From Octopus sinensis (Eukaryota): 13,162 bases of DNA. Numbering within the stretch: position 1 is the first letter of the stretch; each line of letters begins with the position of its first letter. The stretch spans positions 1 to 13,162 of the forward strand of contig NW_021826311.1 in assembly GCF_006345805.1 (NCBI RefSeq). Reading direction: 5' to 3'. Shown here in pieces: positions 1 through 9,028 of this stretch. The position numbers were made by a program, and so were the translations under genes. Under the pieces are notes generated by a model. The model did no database searches. It was given only the letters and a program-made list of their open reading frames with translations, and was not told the origin of the DNA.

Positions 1-1
1 G

Positions 2-9
2 TAATAATA

Positions 10-44
<35 letters not shown>

Positions 45-70
45 TGATGATGATGATGATGATGATGATG
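2..70. repeat. Compound microsatellite (TAA)n then (TGA)n
   Basis: Directly visible trinucleotide runs. Confidence 0.95.
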
Positions 71-76
71 GTGGTG

Positions 77-204
77 GTTTCAAATTTTGCTAGAAGGGCA
101 GCCATTTTCTTTTTGTGTGGTGGGATAAGTCGATTACATCGACCCCAGTGTTTCACTGGTACTTAATCTATCGACTCCAAAAGGATGAAAGGCAAAATCG
201 GCCT
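77..204 (-). mobile_element. 5'-truncated tRNA-SINE, family A (central domain plus a variant 3' end)
   Basis: Reverse complement matches the GCCTTTCATCCTTTCGGGGTCGATAAATTAAGTACCAG...CTGGGGTCGATGTAATCGACTT segment of the copy at 831-1065. Confidence 0.8.
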
Positions 205-205
205 A

Positions 206-252
<47 letters not shown>
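206..252. repeat. (TAA)n microsatellite
   Basis: Directly visible. Confidence 0.95.
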
Positions 253-253
<1 letters not shown>

Positions 254-590
254 GAGAGTAGACGCGATAGGAAATATTAAGGTTGTGGTCAATTGAGAGA
301 GAGTAGATATGTTACCGATAGTAACTGATGCACTTGGAAGTATCAGAACTCAACTACCAATATGACTGAACAAGATGGGTGTAAGTGTGAAGATAGAACA
401 CCTACAAAAACCAGCATTGCTTGGAACTGCAAGAATTCTTTGCAGGATTCTTGAAGCATGACCAGTAAACAAGTGTCACCTTAGTCTGCTGGCTGTGGAC
501 AGCTGGCACTTTCCATCATTCCCAGCAAAATAAGTTGTGAGGTTTCAGATAATAATACTAATACTTCTACTAATAATGATAATAATAATA
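254..590 (+). mobile_element. 3' end of an RLE-type (R4/Dong-like) non-LTR retrotransposon with 3' UTR and (TAA)n tail
   Basis: Translates as MLPIVTDALGSIRTQLPI*LNKMGVSVKIEHLQKPALLGTARILCRILEA* (stop 459-461), matching the typical PIVIGALG...LQK.ALLGTARILR C-terminus of R4/Dong-like ORFs. About 90 nt of UTR follows, then TAA repeats. Confidence 0.8.
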
Positions 591-619
591 ATAATTATTA
601 TTATTGTACAGGTGCGCGT

Positions 620-770
620 GCGCGGCGGCGTTCTTTTGATTTCCGTGTACCGAATCCTCTCATAAGATTTTAGTCATTTCGCGGCTATAGTAGAAGGCAC
701 TTGCTCCAAGTATCACGCAGGTAGGATTGAACCCAGAACCGTGTGGTTGGGAAGCAAACCTATCACACGA
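620..770 (-). mobile_element. Diverged 5' half of tRNA-SINE family B
   Basis: GCTATAGTAGAAGGCACTTGCTCCAAG...GAACCCAGAACCGTGTGGTTGGGAAGCAA aligns to the heads of the copies at 1994-2495 and 6465-6887. Confidence 0.7.
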
Positions 771-830
771 ACTCTTGTTGTTGTTGTTGTTGCTGGTATT
801 GTACTGAGGTCGCGATATCTTCAACGGTTC

Positions 831-1065
831 GAAAGGCGGCAAGTTGGCAGAATGGTTAGCACGCCAGGCGAAATGCGTAGCCGTATTTCGTCTGCCGTTA
901 CGTTCTGAGTTCAAATTCCGCCGAGGTCGACTTTGCCTTTCATCCTTTCGGGGTTGATAAATTAAGTACCAGTTACGCACTGGGGTCGATGTAATCAACT
1001 TAATCCGTTTGTCTGTCCTTGTTTGTCCCCTCTGTGTTTAGCCCCTTGTGGGTAGTAAAGAAACA
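831..1065 (+). mobile_element. Full-length tRNA-derived SINE, family A, with a 17-bp target-site duplication
   Basis: A box TGGCAGAATGG and B box GAGTTCAAATTCC. Flanked by GATATCTTCAACGGTTC (814-830) and GATATCTCCAACGGTTC (1066-1082), one mismatch. Four other partial copies are in the window. Confidence 0.9.
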
Positions 1066-1872
1066 GATATCTCCAACGGTTCCTCGGCGCTGAACAGGTA
1101 TGGTCGCCATTTGTCAGACGCATATGTCTACAGTTTGTATCTTTGAAAGAAATACAAGCCTTGGGTCAGGCATTTAGCACCCGTTCACAGTCCGCTGCTA
1201 GTCGAGCAATGCGGTAATTGCAAGTTTCACTTTGATTTTTCTATCGAAGATTTTTCACGGGGTCAACCATATCAATTAGGAGACAAGTTTTATGCTCCTC
1301 TCCCACCGCCCCTCCGTCTCTATCTCGACACACACGCACGCACGCGCGCCGACCAGTCAATACATAATAGTTTCATTGAAAGCAGACAGTGTATAGAAAT
1401 GTGTCAGCTAATACTGTGACGATACTACGCTGTAGATCACGGCCAAAATACGCAGTCAACCGTAACGTATTTCTCAAGGACTGCGTAATGTTCGTAGTTA
1501 GTCACATTTTAAATATCTTATGTCACCTCATTTCCTAAACTATCAACTCAACTACGTATATATTTACAAGAAACCAAATGCACCAGCGTGCCACAGTCAA
1601 GTTAGATGGGCCCATTTGCGGCGTTCTGTATGGCACACGTTACGCCTTAATTATATAAACATATATACATAATAACTATTAATTAAAATACTCTTAATTT
1701 GAATAATTAAGTATTTGTCTCCTCAACCGAGGTCTAGTGAAGCATTAAAATATACACGAAGTGTTCACCAATGAAAACATATGACGTACATGCAATGGCC
1801 GATTCGCTGTTGCATCGTCTATACGCTATCAGGATGTATAATACACATGCGCATATACACCTACTCAACAAA

Positions 1873-1874
<2 letters not shown>

Positions 1875-1915
<41 letters not shown>

Positions 1916-1940
1916 ACACACGCTCACACACATACACACA
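1875..1940. repeat. (CA)n microsatellite
   Basis: Directly visible. Confidence 0.95.
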
Positions 1941-1993
1941 CATGTGTATTTGCATATATTTGTACATGTCTGTCTGTCTGTGTGTATGTACGC

Positions 1994-2495
1994 ATTCTTT
2001 TATTCTTTTATTTGTTTCAGTCATTTCACTGCGGCCATGCTGAAGCACCCCCTTTCAGTCGAACAAATCGACCCCGGGACTTATTCTTTGTAAGGCCAGT
2101 ACTTATTCTATCGGTCTTTTTTGCCAAACCGCTAAGTTACGGAGACGTAAACACACCACCATCGGTTGTCAAGCGATGGCGAGGGGACGAACACAGACAT
2201 ACAAATACATACATATATATGTATATATGTATATATATATACATACATAATATATATATATATATTTATATATACATACATACATACATATATACATACA
2301 TACATAGATACATATATATATATGTGTGTATATATATATATACGACGGGCTTCTTTCAGTTTCCGTTAACCAAATCCGCATTCAAGGCTTTGGTCGGCGC
2401 GTGGAGACACTTGCCCAAGGTGCCACGCAGTGAGACTGAACCCGGAACCATGTGGTTGGTAAGCAAGCAACTTACCACACACCCACTCCTGCGCC
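1994..2495 (-). mobile_element. Full-length tRNA-derived SINE, family B, with an internal (TA/TACA)n microsatellite at about 2200-2342
   Basis: Minus strand starts GGCGCAGGAGTGG, has a B-box-like GGGTTCAGTC and GTGGCACCTTGGGCAAGTG, and ends in a (GAATAAAA)n-type tail. Colinear with 6465-6887. Confidence 0.9.
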
Positions 2496-2739
2496 TAAAA
2501 TTTATCGACAACCAGCCATAGGACTTGAACCCTGTTCCCTTGAGACTTTGGCTGAGTGCTTTGTCATTAAGCTAAACTTCCTGCTGACATATATATGTTT
2601 CAATATATACAAGTACACACACGCGTACACAAATACATGCGAGCACATGCACACACACAAATACACACACATATATAGATATATATAGCATACATGCATA
2701 TATATATACGTATGTGTATGTATATATGTGTGTGCGTCT

Positions 2740-2900
2740 GCAATTTCGGGGCATGGAGCTAGACAATTGCGTTGACCATAGTGTTCGAATGGTACTTTAT
2801 TTATCGACTTTCAAAGGGTGAAAGGTAAAGTCGATCTCGGCGTAACTTCAACTTAGAACTTGAGCTAAGCATTTTCCCAGCGTGTGTCAATTCCACGCTG
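2740..2900 (-). mobile_element. Old, diverged SINE family A copy
   Basis: GGTACTTTATTTATCGAC...AAAGGGTGAAAGGTAAAGTCGATCTCGGCG is the reverse complement of the family A core with substitutions. Confidence 0.7.
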
Positions 2901-2920
2901 CAAAATATCATATTTGGGCA

Positions 2921-3055
<135 letters not shown>

Positions 3056-3317
3056 GATAAAACTACTATTAGGCAAATCAAACAGTAAAAACATAAGCCA
3101 ATACATAAAATTAATTTAAAATATAAAAGTAAAAAATTTAAAAAATATTTAAATAAATCAAACTTATAAATTTTAAATATATATATATACAAATATATAT
3201 ATATATATGTATGTATATTTTTATATTTATATATTATTTTATTTATTAATTAATTAATTTATTTTTTAAAATAAATATCAAAAGTATTAAAAGTTTAATA
3301 AAAGATAAAGAGTAAAA

Positions 3318-3410
3318 CACTACGATCGTTTCATGGCTGTACCAATTCGAATAACAATAATTTAAATTCAATTAATAATTCGAGTTATGGTTACAGTAAA
3401 TCTTCAGGTG
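3318..3410 (-). ncRNA. Degenerate type I hammerhead ribozyme with an elongated stem II (probably a Penelope-like element remnant)
   Basis: Minus strand reads CAC-CTGAAGA-[68 nt]-GAA-ACGATCGT-A-GTG, giving a 3-bp stem I, an intact core and a palindromic stem III. The insert contains CTGT/ACAG, ACCA/TGGT and TCGAAT/ATTCGA pairings, but its closing pairs are broken. Confidence 0.45.
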
Positions 3411-3954
3411 AATTGAAATATTTTAAAAATAATCAGAAATATTTAAACAATATTTTAAAGATATAAATAATATAATAATTTTACTTAAAATAAACTCTGT
3501 TATCAAACTAGAAACTTAAAACTTAACAATTATGATTATATCAAAATCGATTATAATGTTAAATAGTAATTTTAATTTATAAGGTAAGAAACCCACCAAT
3601 AATCTAATATCGGTAATAGTCTATATCTAATTACATAAATATTAAAAAAAAATTACTATTATATATAAATTATCAATGAAAATATATAAATGTATATAAA
3701 TATTATAATTAAGATCTAAAATAATCTCTATAATTAAATATATATGCACATATAATAAAGACCTAATAAATTAATTTTTCATATTTAAAGATGAAATAGC
3801 TAATTTCAAAAATACAAACAAACAAACTTAAACGAACTTTCGGAAATCTTATTTAAAATACTTATAGAAATAATCAATTCGTAGTTATATAGTATCGAAT
3901 AAATACTAAAAATACTATAAATATATTTATCAATGGGAATATACTAGCGAATAT

Positions 3955-3957
<3 letters not shown>

Positions 3958-4030
<73 letters not shown>
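3958..4030. repeat. (TA)n microsatellite
   Basis: Directly visible. Confidence 0.95.
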
Positions 4031-4034
<4 letters not shown>

Positions 4035-4036
4035 TC

Positions 4037-4163
4037 GCCTTCATCCTTCCGGGGTCGATAAATTAAGTACCAGTTACGCACTGGGGTCGATGTAATCGAC
4101 TTAATCCGTTTGTCTGTCCTTGTTTGTCTCCTCTGTGTTTAGCCCCTTGTGAGTAGTAAAGAA
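4037..4163 (+). mobile_element. 5'-truncated SINE family A (3' half)
   Basis: Nearly identical to about 935-1063; embedded between (TA)n runs. Confidence 0.9.
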
Positions 4164-4185
4164 TATATATATGTATGTATGTATG

Positions 4186-4224
<39 letters not shown>

Positions 4225-4225
<1 letters not shown>

Positions 4226-4671
4226 ATGAATATGGTACTTAAGTTGAGGCGCCAGAATTTAGTAGGGTATTATCCATACAATTTGGTGACTGGACGTGGT
4301 CCCTCAAACGATGCTCCAAAACGCAAAGCATACCATAAATGGTCGTTTATATTGAGATCCGGTGAGTGTGGGGGCTAGTACACTTCTATGCTCTTCCTAC
4401 CAATTTTGAACAGCATTAACTGTTGAGAATCGGTGCATTATCACTCTGGAAAATTGTCAGACATGGTCAAACCTCATAGACAGATAATCCTTGGTATTAA
4501 CTCTTTCATGCAGGATAACTTAAGCGTCTTGGGAATTCTGTGATATTGCCGCCCAAATCATCGCAGAGCCACCTCCATGCTTCACGGTACAGACGAAACA
4601 GCCCTTCCTTTGGGCTGTCTGCATAAACTTATCCCGAAGAGGGGGAAAAGAGTGAATGGTGATTCATTAGA
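4225..4671 (-). pseudogene. Tc1-family transposase pseudogene, catalytic (DDE) half
   Basis: Minus-strand translation with stops and frameshifts: SNESPFTLFP, TVKHGGGSAMIWAAIS, FQSDNAPIL, HSPDLNINDHLW. These correspond to the Tc1 SDES, VKHGGGSVMVW, QDNAP and SPDLN motifs. Confidence 0.85.
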
Positions 4672-4686
4672 GATGATGATGATGAT

Positions 4687-5122
4687 CATCATCATCATCG
4701 TTTAACGTCCGTTCTCCATGCTAGCATGGGTTGGACGGTTCGACCGGGGATCTGGGAAGCCAGAAGGCTGCACCAGGCTCCAGTCTGATCTGGCAATGTT
4801 TCTACAGCTGGATGCCCTTCCTAACGCCAATCACTCTGTGAGTGTAGTGGATGCTTTTTACGTGCCACCTGCACTGGTGCCAGGCGAGGCTGGCATCGGC
4901 CACGGTCGGATTGGTGCATTTTACGTGCCACCGGCACGGAAGCCAGTCGAGGCGGCACTGGCTTCGGCCACGATTCGGATGGTGCTTTTTACGTGCCACC
5001 GACACGGAAGCCAGTCGAGGCGGCGCTGGCATCGGCCACGATTCGGATAGTGCTTTTTACGTATCTCCACTCCAGGGGTCCTGGCATCTGCCGGGTGCCA
5101 GTCATAGGATTGGTTCAATTAC
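4687..5122 (-). mobile_element. Non-autonomous retroposon (SINE or truncated LINE) with an RTE-like 3' end and (GAT)n tail, inserted into the Tc1 gene
   Basis: Minus strand ends GGCGTTAGGAAGGGCATCCAGC...CCAACCCATGCTAGCATGGAGAACGGACGTTAAACGATGATGATG. GATGAT is present at both junctions (4672-4677 and 5123-5128). The RTE assignment is from recalled 3'-end style only. Confidence 0.7.
4850..5062. repeat. Tandem repeat of a 63-68 bp GC-rich unit, about 3.2 copies
   Basis: The TACG of the TTTTACGT anchor lies at 4859, 4922, 4990 and 5058 (spacing 63, 68, 68). Confidence 0.9.
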
Positions 5123-5563
5123 GATGATATTGTTCCATAAAATTTTTGGCCAACTCTGAGGGTCTAAGCACTGCCATTCTGCTTATCATTGTCGATGGCA
5201 TCAGGAGAAGTATACCAATTGCAGTCTTGTCATGGTACCCAGTTTTATGGAAATCGTTACGAACGGTTTTTGTTGACACAAGGTTGACAACGAAGTGGAT
5301 TAACTTTTCTGTCACTTAGGCTGTCGCAATTCGATGATTTTAAAGACAGAAACTTTTCACTTTTCTGAGGTTCCTCTCTAGAGCTTTGCCTTCTATCCAG
5401 AATTATGATTGTCACAGCTGTTTTACTTCGGTTTTAGAATGCCAACATGGTTTTAAAGACTGTACCTCACAAAACATTAAACAATTCAGTGAATTTAAAG
5501 ACAAGTTCTAGCCATTTGCGCTCCAACAATTTGCTTTCTTTTGGAATTAGATACGTCACGCAT
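5123..5563 (-). pseudogene. Tc1-family transposase pseudogene, N-terminal DNA-binding half
   Basis: ATG at 5563 gives MRDVSNSKRKQIVGAQMA, then GTVFKTMLAF, NHNSG*KAKL, LVSTKTVRNDFHKTGYH and WNNII, which rejoins SNES at 4671. Confidence 0.8.
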
Positions 5564-5596
5564 TTTCACTTATTCAAATATCAATATCTGCAAAAG

Positions 5597-5745
5597 AAAA
5601 AAAAAAAAAAAAAAGAGAGAGAGAGAGAGAAGAAGAAGGGAAAGAAAAAAGAAACATTGAAAGGTTTTATTATGAAGTAAAATACATACGTAATGCACAG
5701 AAATAAATGTATTAGAACAGTTGTGAATTTGTCATTTGCCTATAC

Positions 5746-5843
<98 letters not shown>

Positions 5844-5930
5844 AAGAGAGAGAGAGAGAAAGAGAGAGAGAGAGTGAGTGAGAGGGGAAGGAAAAGGGAG
5901 AGAGAGAGAGGAGGGGAGGGAGAGAGAGGG
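5597..5930. repeat. Poly(A)/(GA)n, (TA)n and long (GA)n polypurine tracts
   Basis: Directly visible at about 5597-5650 and 5750-5930. Confidence 0.9.
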
Positions 5931-6281
5931 AAGTGACAGTCCAAAAAGCATGTATCAAACACAAATCTTATTGTTTATGCTTGATAAGCCGCCATATCAA
6001 AGATAATGCCTGCGTTGGCCGCCATTTTATATTCCTTATCTCCAACTGTCCTGCCATCAAAGTAACAATGGAAGCCGTTCACATCATCACATTAAAACAA
6101 TCAGTATGGCGCCCTTTATACACTGCAAAGGTGATCATACAGCACAACGTGTGTCCCACCTTAGAATCAACACAACTCAAATATCGTTTCAAATGTTGCT
6201 ACATGGTTTCAAAAGTTGCTACATGGTCGCAGTATCGTGGGGGGTGGGGGTAACTTCGATTCCGGAACTCAACTGGAACTT

Positions 6282-6378
6282 GCCGACCTCGTTGGCAATT
6301 GAACTCAGAACGTGAAGCTGGATGAAATACCGCAAAGCATCTTGACCAACGTAGTAAACGATTCGGCCAGCTCGCCAC
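6282..6378 (-). mobile_element. Diverged tRNA head of SINE family A
   Basis: Reverse complement GGCGAGCTGGCCGAATCG...CACGTTCTGAGTTCAATTGCC...GAGGTCGGC matches about 836-930. Confidence 0.75.
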
Positions 6379-6464
6379 TTTGAATTATAAATCATTAATA
6401 ATCATTGACAAAATTCCATTTGAAAGGAATTGAAATGAAATTCATCTGCATACCATAAACAGCA

Positions 6465-6887
6465 TTTACTCTTTACTCTTTTACACTTTTACTTGTTTCA
6501 GTCATTTGACTGCGGCCATGCTGGAGCACCGCCTTTAGTCGAGCAAATCGACCCAGGGACTTATTCTTTGTAAGCCCAGTTCTTATTCTATCGGTCTCTT
6601 TTGCCGAACCGCTAAGTTACGGGGACGTAAACACACCACCATCGGTTGTCAAGCAATGTTAGGGGGACAAACACAGACACACAAACACATACACACACAT
6701 ATATATGTATATATATATATACATATATACGACAGGCTTCTTTCAGTTTCCGTCTACCAAATCTACTCACAAGGCATTGGTCGGCCCGGGGCTATAGCAG
6801 AAGACACTTGCCCAAGATGCCACGCAGTGGGACTGAACCCGGAACCATGTGGTTGGTTAGCAAGCTACTTACCACACAGCCACTCCT
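6465..6887 (-). mobile_element. Full-length tRNA-derived SINE, family B, with an internal microsatellite at about 6680-6729
   Basis: A-box-like TGGCTGTGTGG, B-box-like GGGTTCAGTCCC and a (GAGTAAA[A])n tail. Colinear with 1994-2495. Confidence 0.9.
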
Positions 6888-7096
6888 TTAGTGTAGATCG
6901 GGCTGTACAGTTTGAGAGTTAAGATTTAAGTTCCCGAATTAGAGTTTAGTGTAGGATTTAAAATTTAGGGTTAGAGTTTCGGGTCAATTCAAAGAGATAT
7001 GATTAAAGTTTGCCGATGCGAGCCGCGATTTGTCATCTGGAGTTACTTCTTGAAGTAAAGATTGTGGTTGCCGGTTACTGATTAGTACGTGTGCCT

Positions 7097-7272
7097 TTAA
7101 CTCTTTAGCATCGAATCCAGCCATGCCCAGTCCAAATGGTCTTTCTGTTTTATATTCAAGCAATCTCATCGTAGGAATCTTAAAGCCATGATACAAGGCA
7201 TGAGCAATTCAAAATAATGTGAATATATAAGCACTACATCTTGACAGAGTGATCTGAATGCTAAATGTTTAA
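7097..7272. mobile_element. Probable piggyBac-type MITE
   Basis: TTAA-CTCTTTAGCAT at the left end and ATGCTAAATGT-TTAA at the right end form imperfect TIRs bounded by TTAA (7097-7100, 7269-7272). Confidence 0.55.
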
Positions 7273-7285
7273 GATTGATTTAGAG

Positions 7286-7373
7286 TAGGGGTCTCCAAAG
7301 TGATCGATATCGACCCCTGGGACTATTCAATAAAGGCACATCTACTTACTTATTATCATCATCATCATCATCA

Positions 7374-7428
<55 letters not shown>

Positions 7429-7515
7429 TTTATTTATTTATTTATTTATTTATTTTCTTGTACATGCTTTGGGGTCGATGAAGGGCCAAGTATTCCAAGA
7501 AGGGGTCGATGAAAG
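7286..7515. mobile_element. Possible hAT-like MITE remnant containing (CAT)n, (TAT)n and (TTTA)n runs
   Basis: The left end TAGGGGTCTCCAAAGTG resembles hAT MITE ends. ATCGACCCC on the left is inverted relative to two GGGGTCGAT copies on the right. No right TIR found. Confidence 0.35.
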
Positions 7516-7623
7516 AATTTCTATGTTTTATCCACACGAAATATTTATTCAGCAGAAAGGACATAAAGACTTTGGCTTCGGATTAGGATTAAAGATTAGC
7601 ATTAGATAAGAGGCAAGGTGGGA

Positions 7624-8005
7624 ATCTCGGTGTCCTTGCCAGCCTGCAAAGGGAGATCAGCCTCCCCGAAGATACGGATACTACATACGGACCGGTTTCG
7701 AGGTTATTGCCTCTTGTCAACGCATGGTAAGCACCGTTCTTCGTTGAGGGACTCCCTCTACAGGCTGGATATATAGGGATTTTCACAGTAACCACAGTCA
7801 CTGGCGTAGAAAATCCGTTCGAAAACAATAATAAATCTCTGAGCGAGATATAAACAGTAACTGCTCTATAACATAAGGGGGATCAGCCATCTGAATGTGG
7901 CTAGGGACAGGGCGGGGTGGTGGGGGTGTTACTGATGCATTTAGCCCCAGGCGATCATCGACGTCACCAGAAGGGCCGACACTATCTCGGTGTCCTTGCC
8001 AGCCT
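7624..8005 (-). mobile_element. Hammerhead-bearing 360-bp unit with a 22-bp terminal direct repeat (retrozyme-like monomer or Penelope pLTR)
   Basis: ATCTCGGTGTCCTTGCCAGCCT occurs at 7624-7645 and 7984-8005, with a hammerhead at 7684-7726 between them. Confidence 0.65.
7684..7726 (-). ncRNA. Type I hammerhead ribozyme, minimal stem III, U3-A8 core variant
   Basis: Minus strand: CATGCG (stem I), TTGACAA (core 3-9), GAGG-CAATAA-CCTC (stem II), GAA, ACCGGT (palindromic stem III), C17, CGTATG (stem I). Predicted cleavage after GUC, between 7690 and 7689. Confidence 0.8.
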
Positions 8006-8348
8006 TTTTTATTTTTCATTGTTTTTAAAAATTATTTCCAACGTTTTAGTCATAAAAATCTCAAAAAAAAAAAAGAATTTATTAAAAATACAACAAATAT
8101 GTTTCGCCAAAGTTTTGGCTACTTATCAAATCGAAAGCACTACTTTATGAAAATTTCTCCTTTTTTAAGATCGATCTCTCAACCGCGCGATAATAAACAA
8201 AAGTATCCGTAAAGGAGGGGGTGTCATCATTGTTCTTCCATCATTAGATACCTTCTTCGTTACATGTCCAAAATATAGGATATGGCGGTTTATATTTTAT
8301 GTGTTAATTAATCCGGGAAGGCTGAATATCCTACTTAGCGTAGTTCCT

Positions 8349-8429
8349 GTACATACATACATACATACATACATACATACGTACATACATACATACATAC
8401 ATACATACATACATACATACATACATACA
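8349..8429. repeat. (TACA)n microsatellite
   Basis: Directly visible. Confidence 0.95.
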
Positions 8430-9028
8430 TGACTGGACGCTTGATGAGACGCCAGGCATTGATGTGAAAACCCGAAAAATAACTGACAAGCCCACATAAT
8501 TTCCACATAAACAGTGACGTAGACCGCATCTACCTAAAACGAAAACAAGGTGGCAAAGGCTTAACATCGATCCAAAATGCCTTTGAATATCGCATCATAT
8601 CCCTTCGGCGATATCTTTTAACCACCAAGAGTCGAAGTGAATCCCTTGATCAAGTTTGCATACATGAGGCTGATAACATCATAAGACTTGGAAGGTAGCT
8701 CCTTGAGCAACACTCTTTGTCTGATAACCTAGAATACATGCCCAAAGAAGTCGCAAGACTCTACCGCAACGTATCATCAGATGAAAGGATGAGCCTCTAT
8801 GAGAAGAAGACCATACGTGGATATGTTAGTAGAAAGCTCTGCGATGATAGTAACATTGATAATCAAAGCAGTTTATCATGGACCTATAGCCGGATTACTA
8901 CCTCCCACTTTGAATTGCGTTTGCAATCCAAGGATAGAGGATAGAGATGCGGGAAAAACAGTAAAATGTGACAACCGATGCAGACTTTGTGGAGTTCACG
9001 CTAAAGATTTCACACACATCATAAGCAG
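8430..9028 (+). mobile_element. RLE-type (R4/Dong-like) LINE fragment: RT thumb/linker to zinc knuckle, degenerate
   Basis: DWTLDE...[24 protein letters not shown], and CDNRCRLCGVHAKDFTHIIS; contains stops and indels. Confidence 0.85.

Noticed and set aside
836-930. tRNA gene suggested by A and B boxes
   Set aside because: It is a SINE head: it continues into the SINE body, has a TSD and multiple copies, and shows no acceptor stem or poly-T terminator.
1340-1760. Unique non-repetitive stretches (also 5936-6240 and 11612-12150) as possible exons or enhancers
   Set aside because: No recognisable peptide, splice pattern or motif; cross-species alignment and RNA-seq would be needed.
1734-2766. 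ORFs rich in YI, CV and HT repeats (also at 5712-5964, 8297-8567, 9399-9643, 11125-11767 and 12151-13003)
   Set aside because: They are translations of microsatellites and SINEs with no sign of protein family similarity.
4850-5062. CRISPR-like regular spacing
   Set aside because: Whole units are repeated with no unique spacers, and the context is eukaryotic.
4718-5159. Four overlapping ORFs with repeated peptides
   Set aside because: They arise from the GC-rich tandem repeat inside a retroposon.
6920-6985. TTAGGG-like words (also at 7581-7610)
   Set aside because: Only one exact TTAGGG and no array, so an interstitial telomeric repeat is not supported.
6984-7196. 70-aa ORF with plausible amino-acid composition
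   Set aside because: Its 5' half lies within the piggyBac-like MITE, with no recognisable domain or convincing splice sites.
7624-7983. The unit length of 360 is divisible by 3, suggesting an endless ORF on a circular RNA
   Set aside because: Stops occur in all three plus frames (TAA at 7851, 7858, 7874) and in all three minus frames when read round the circle.
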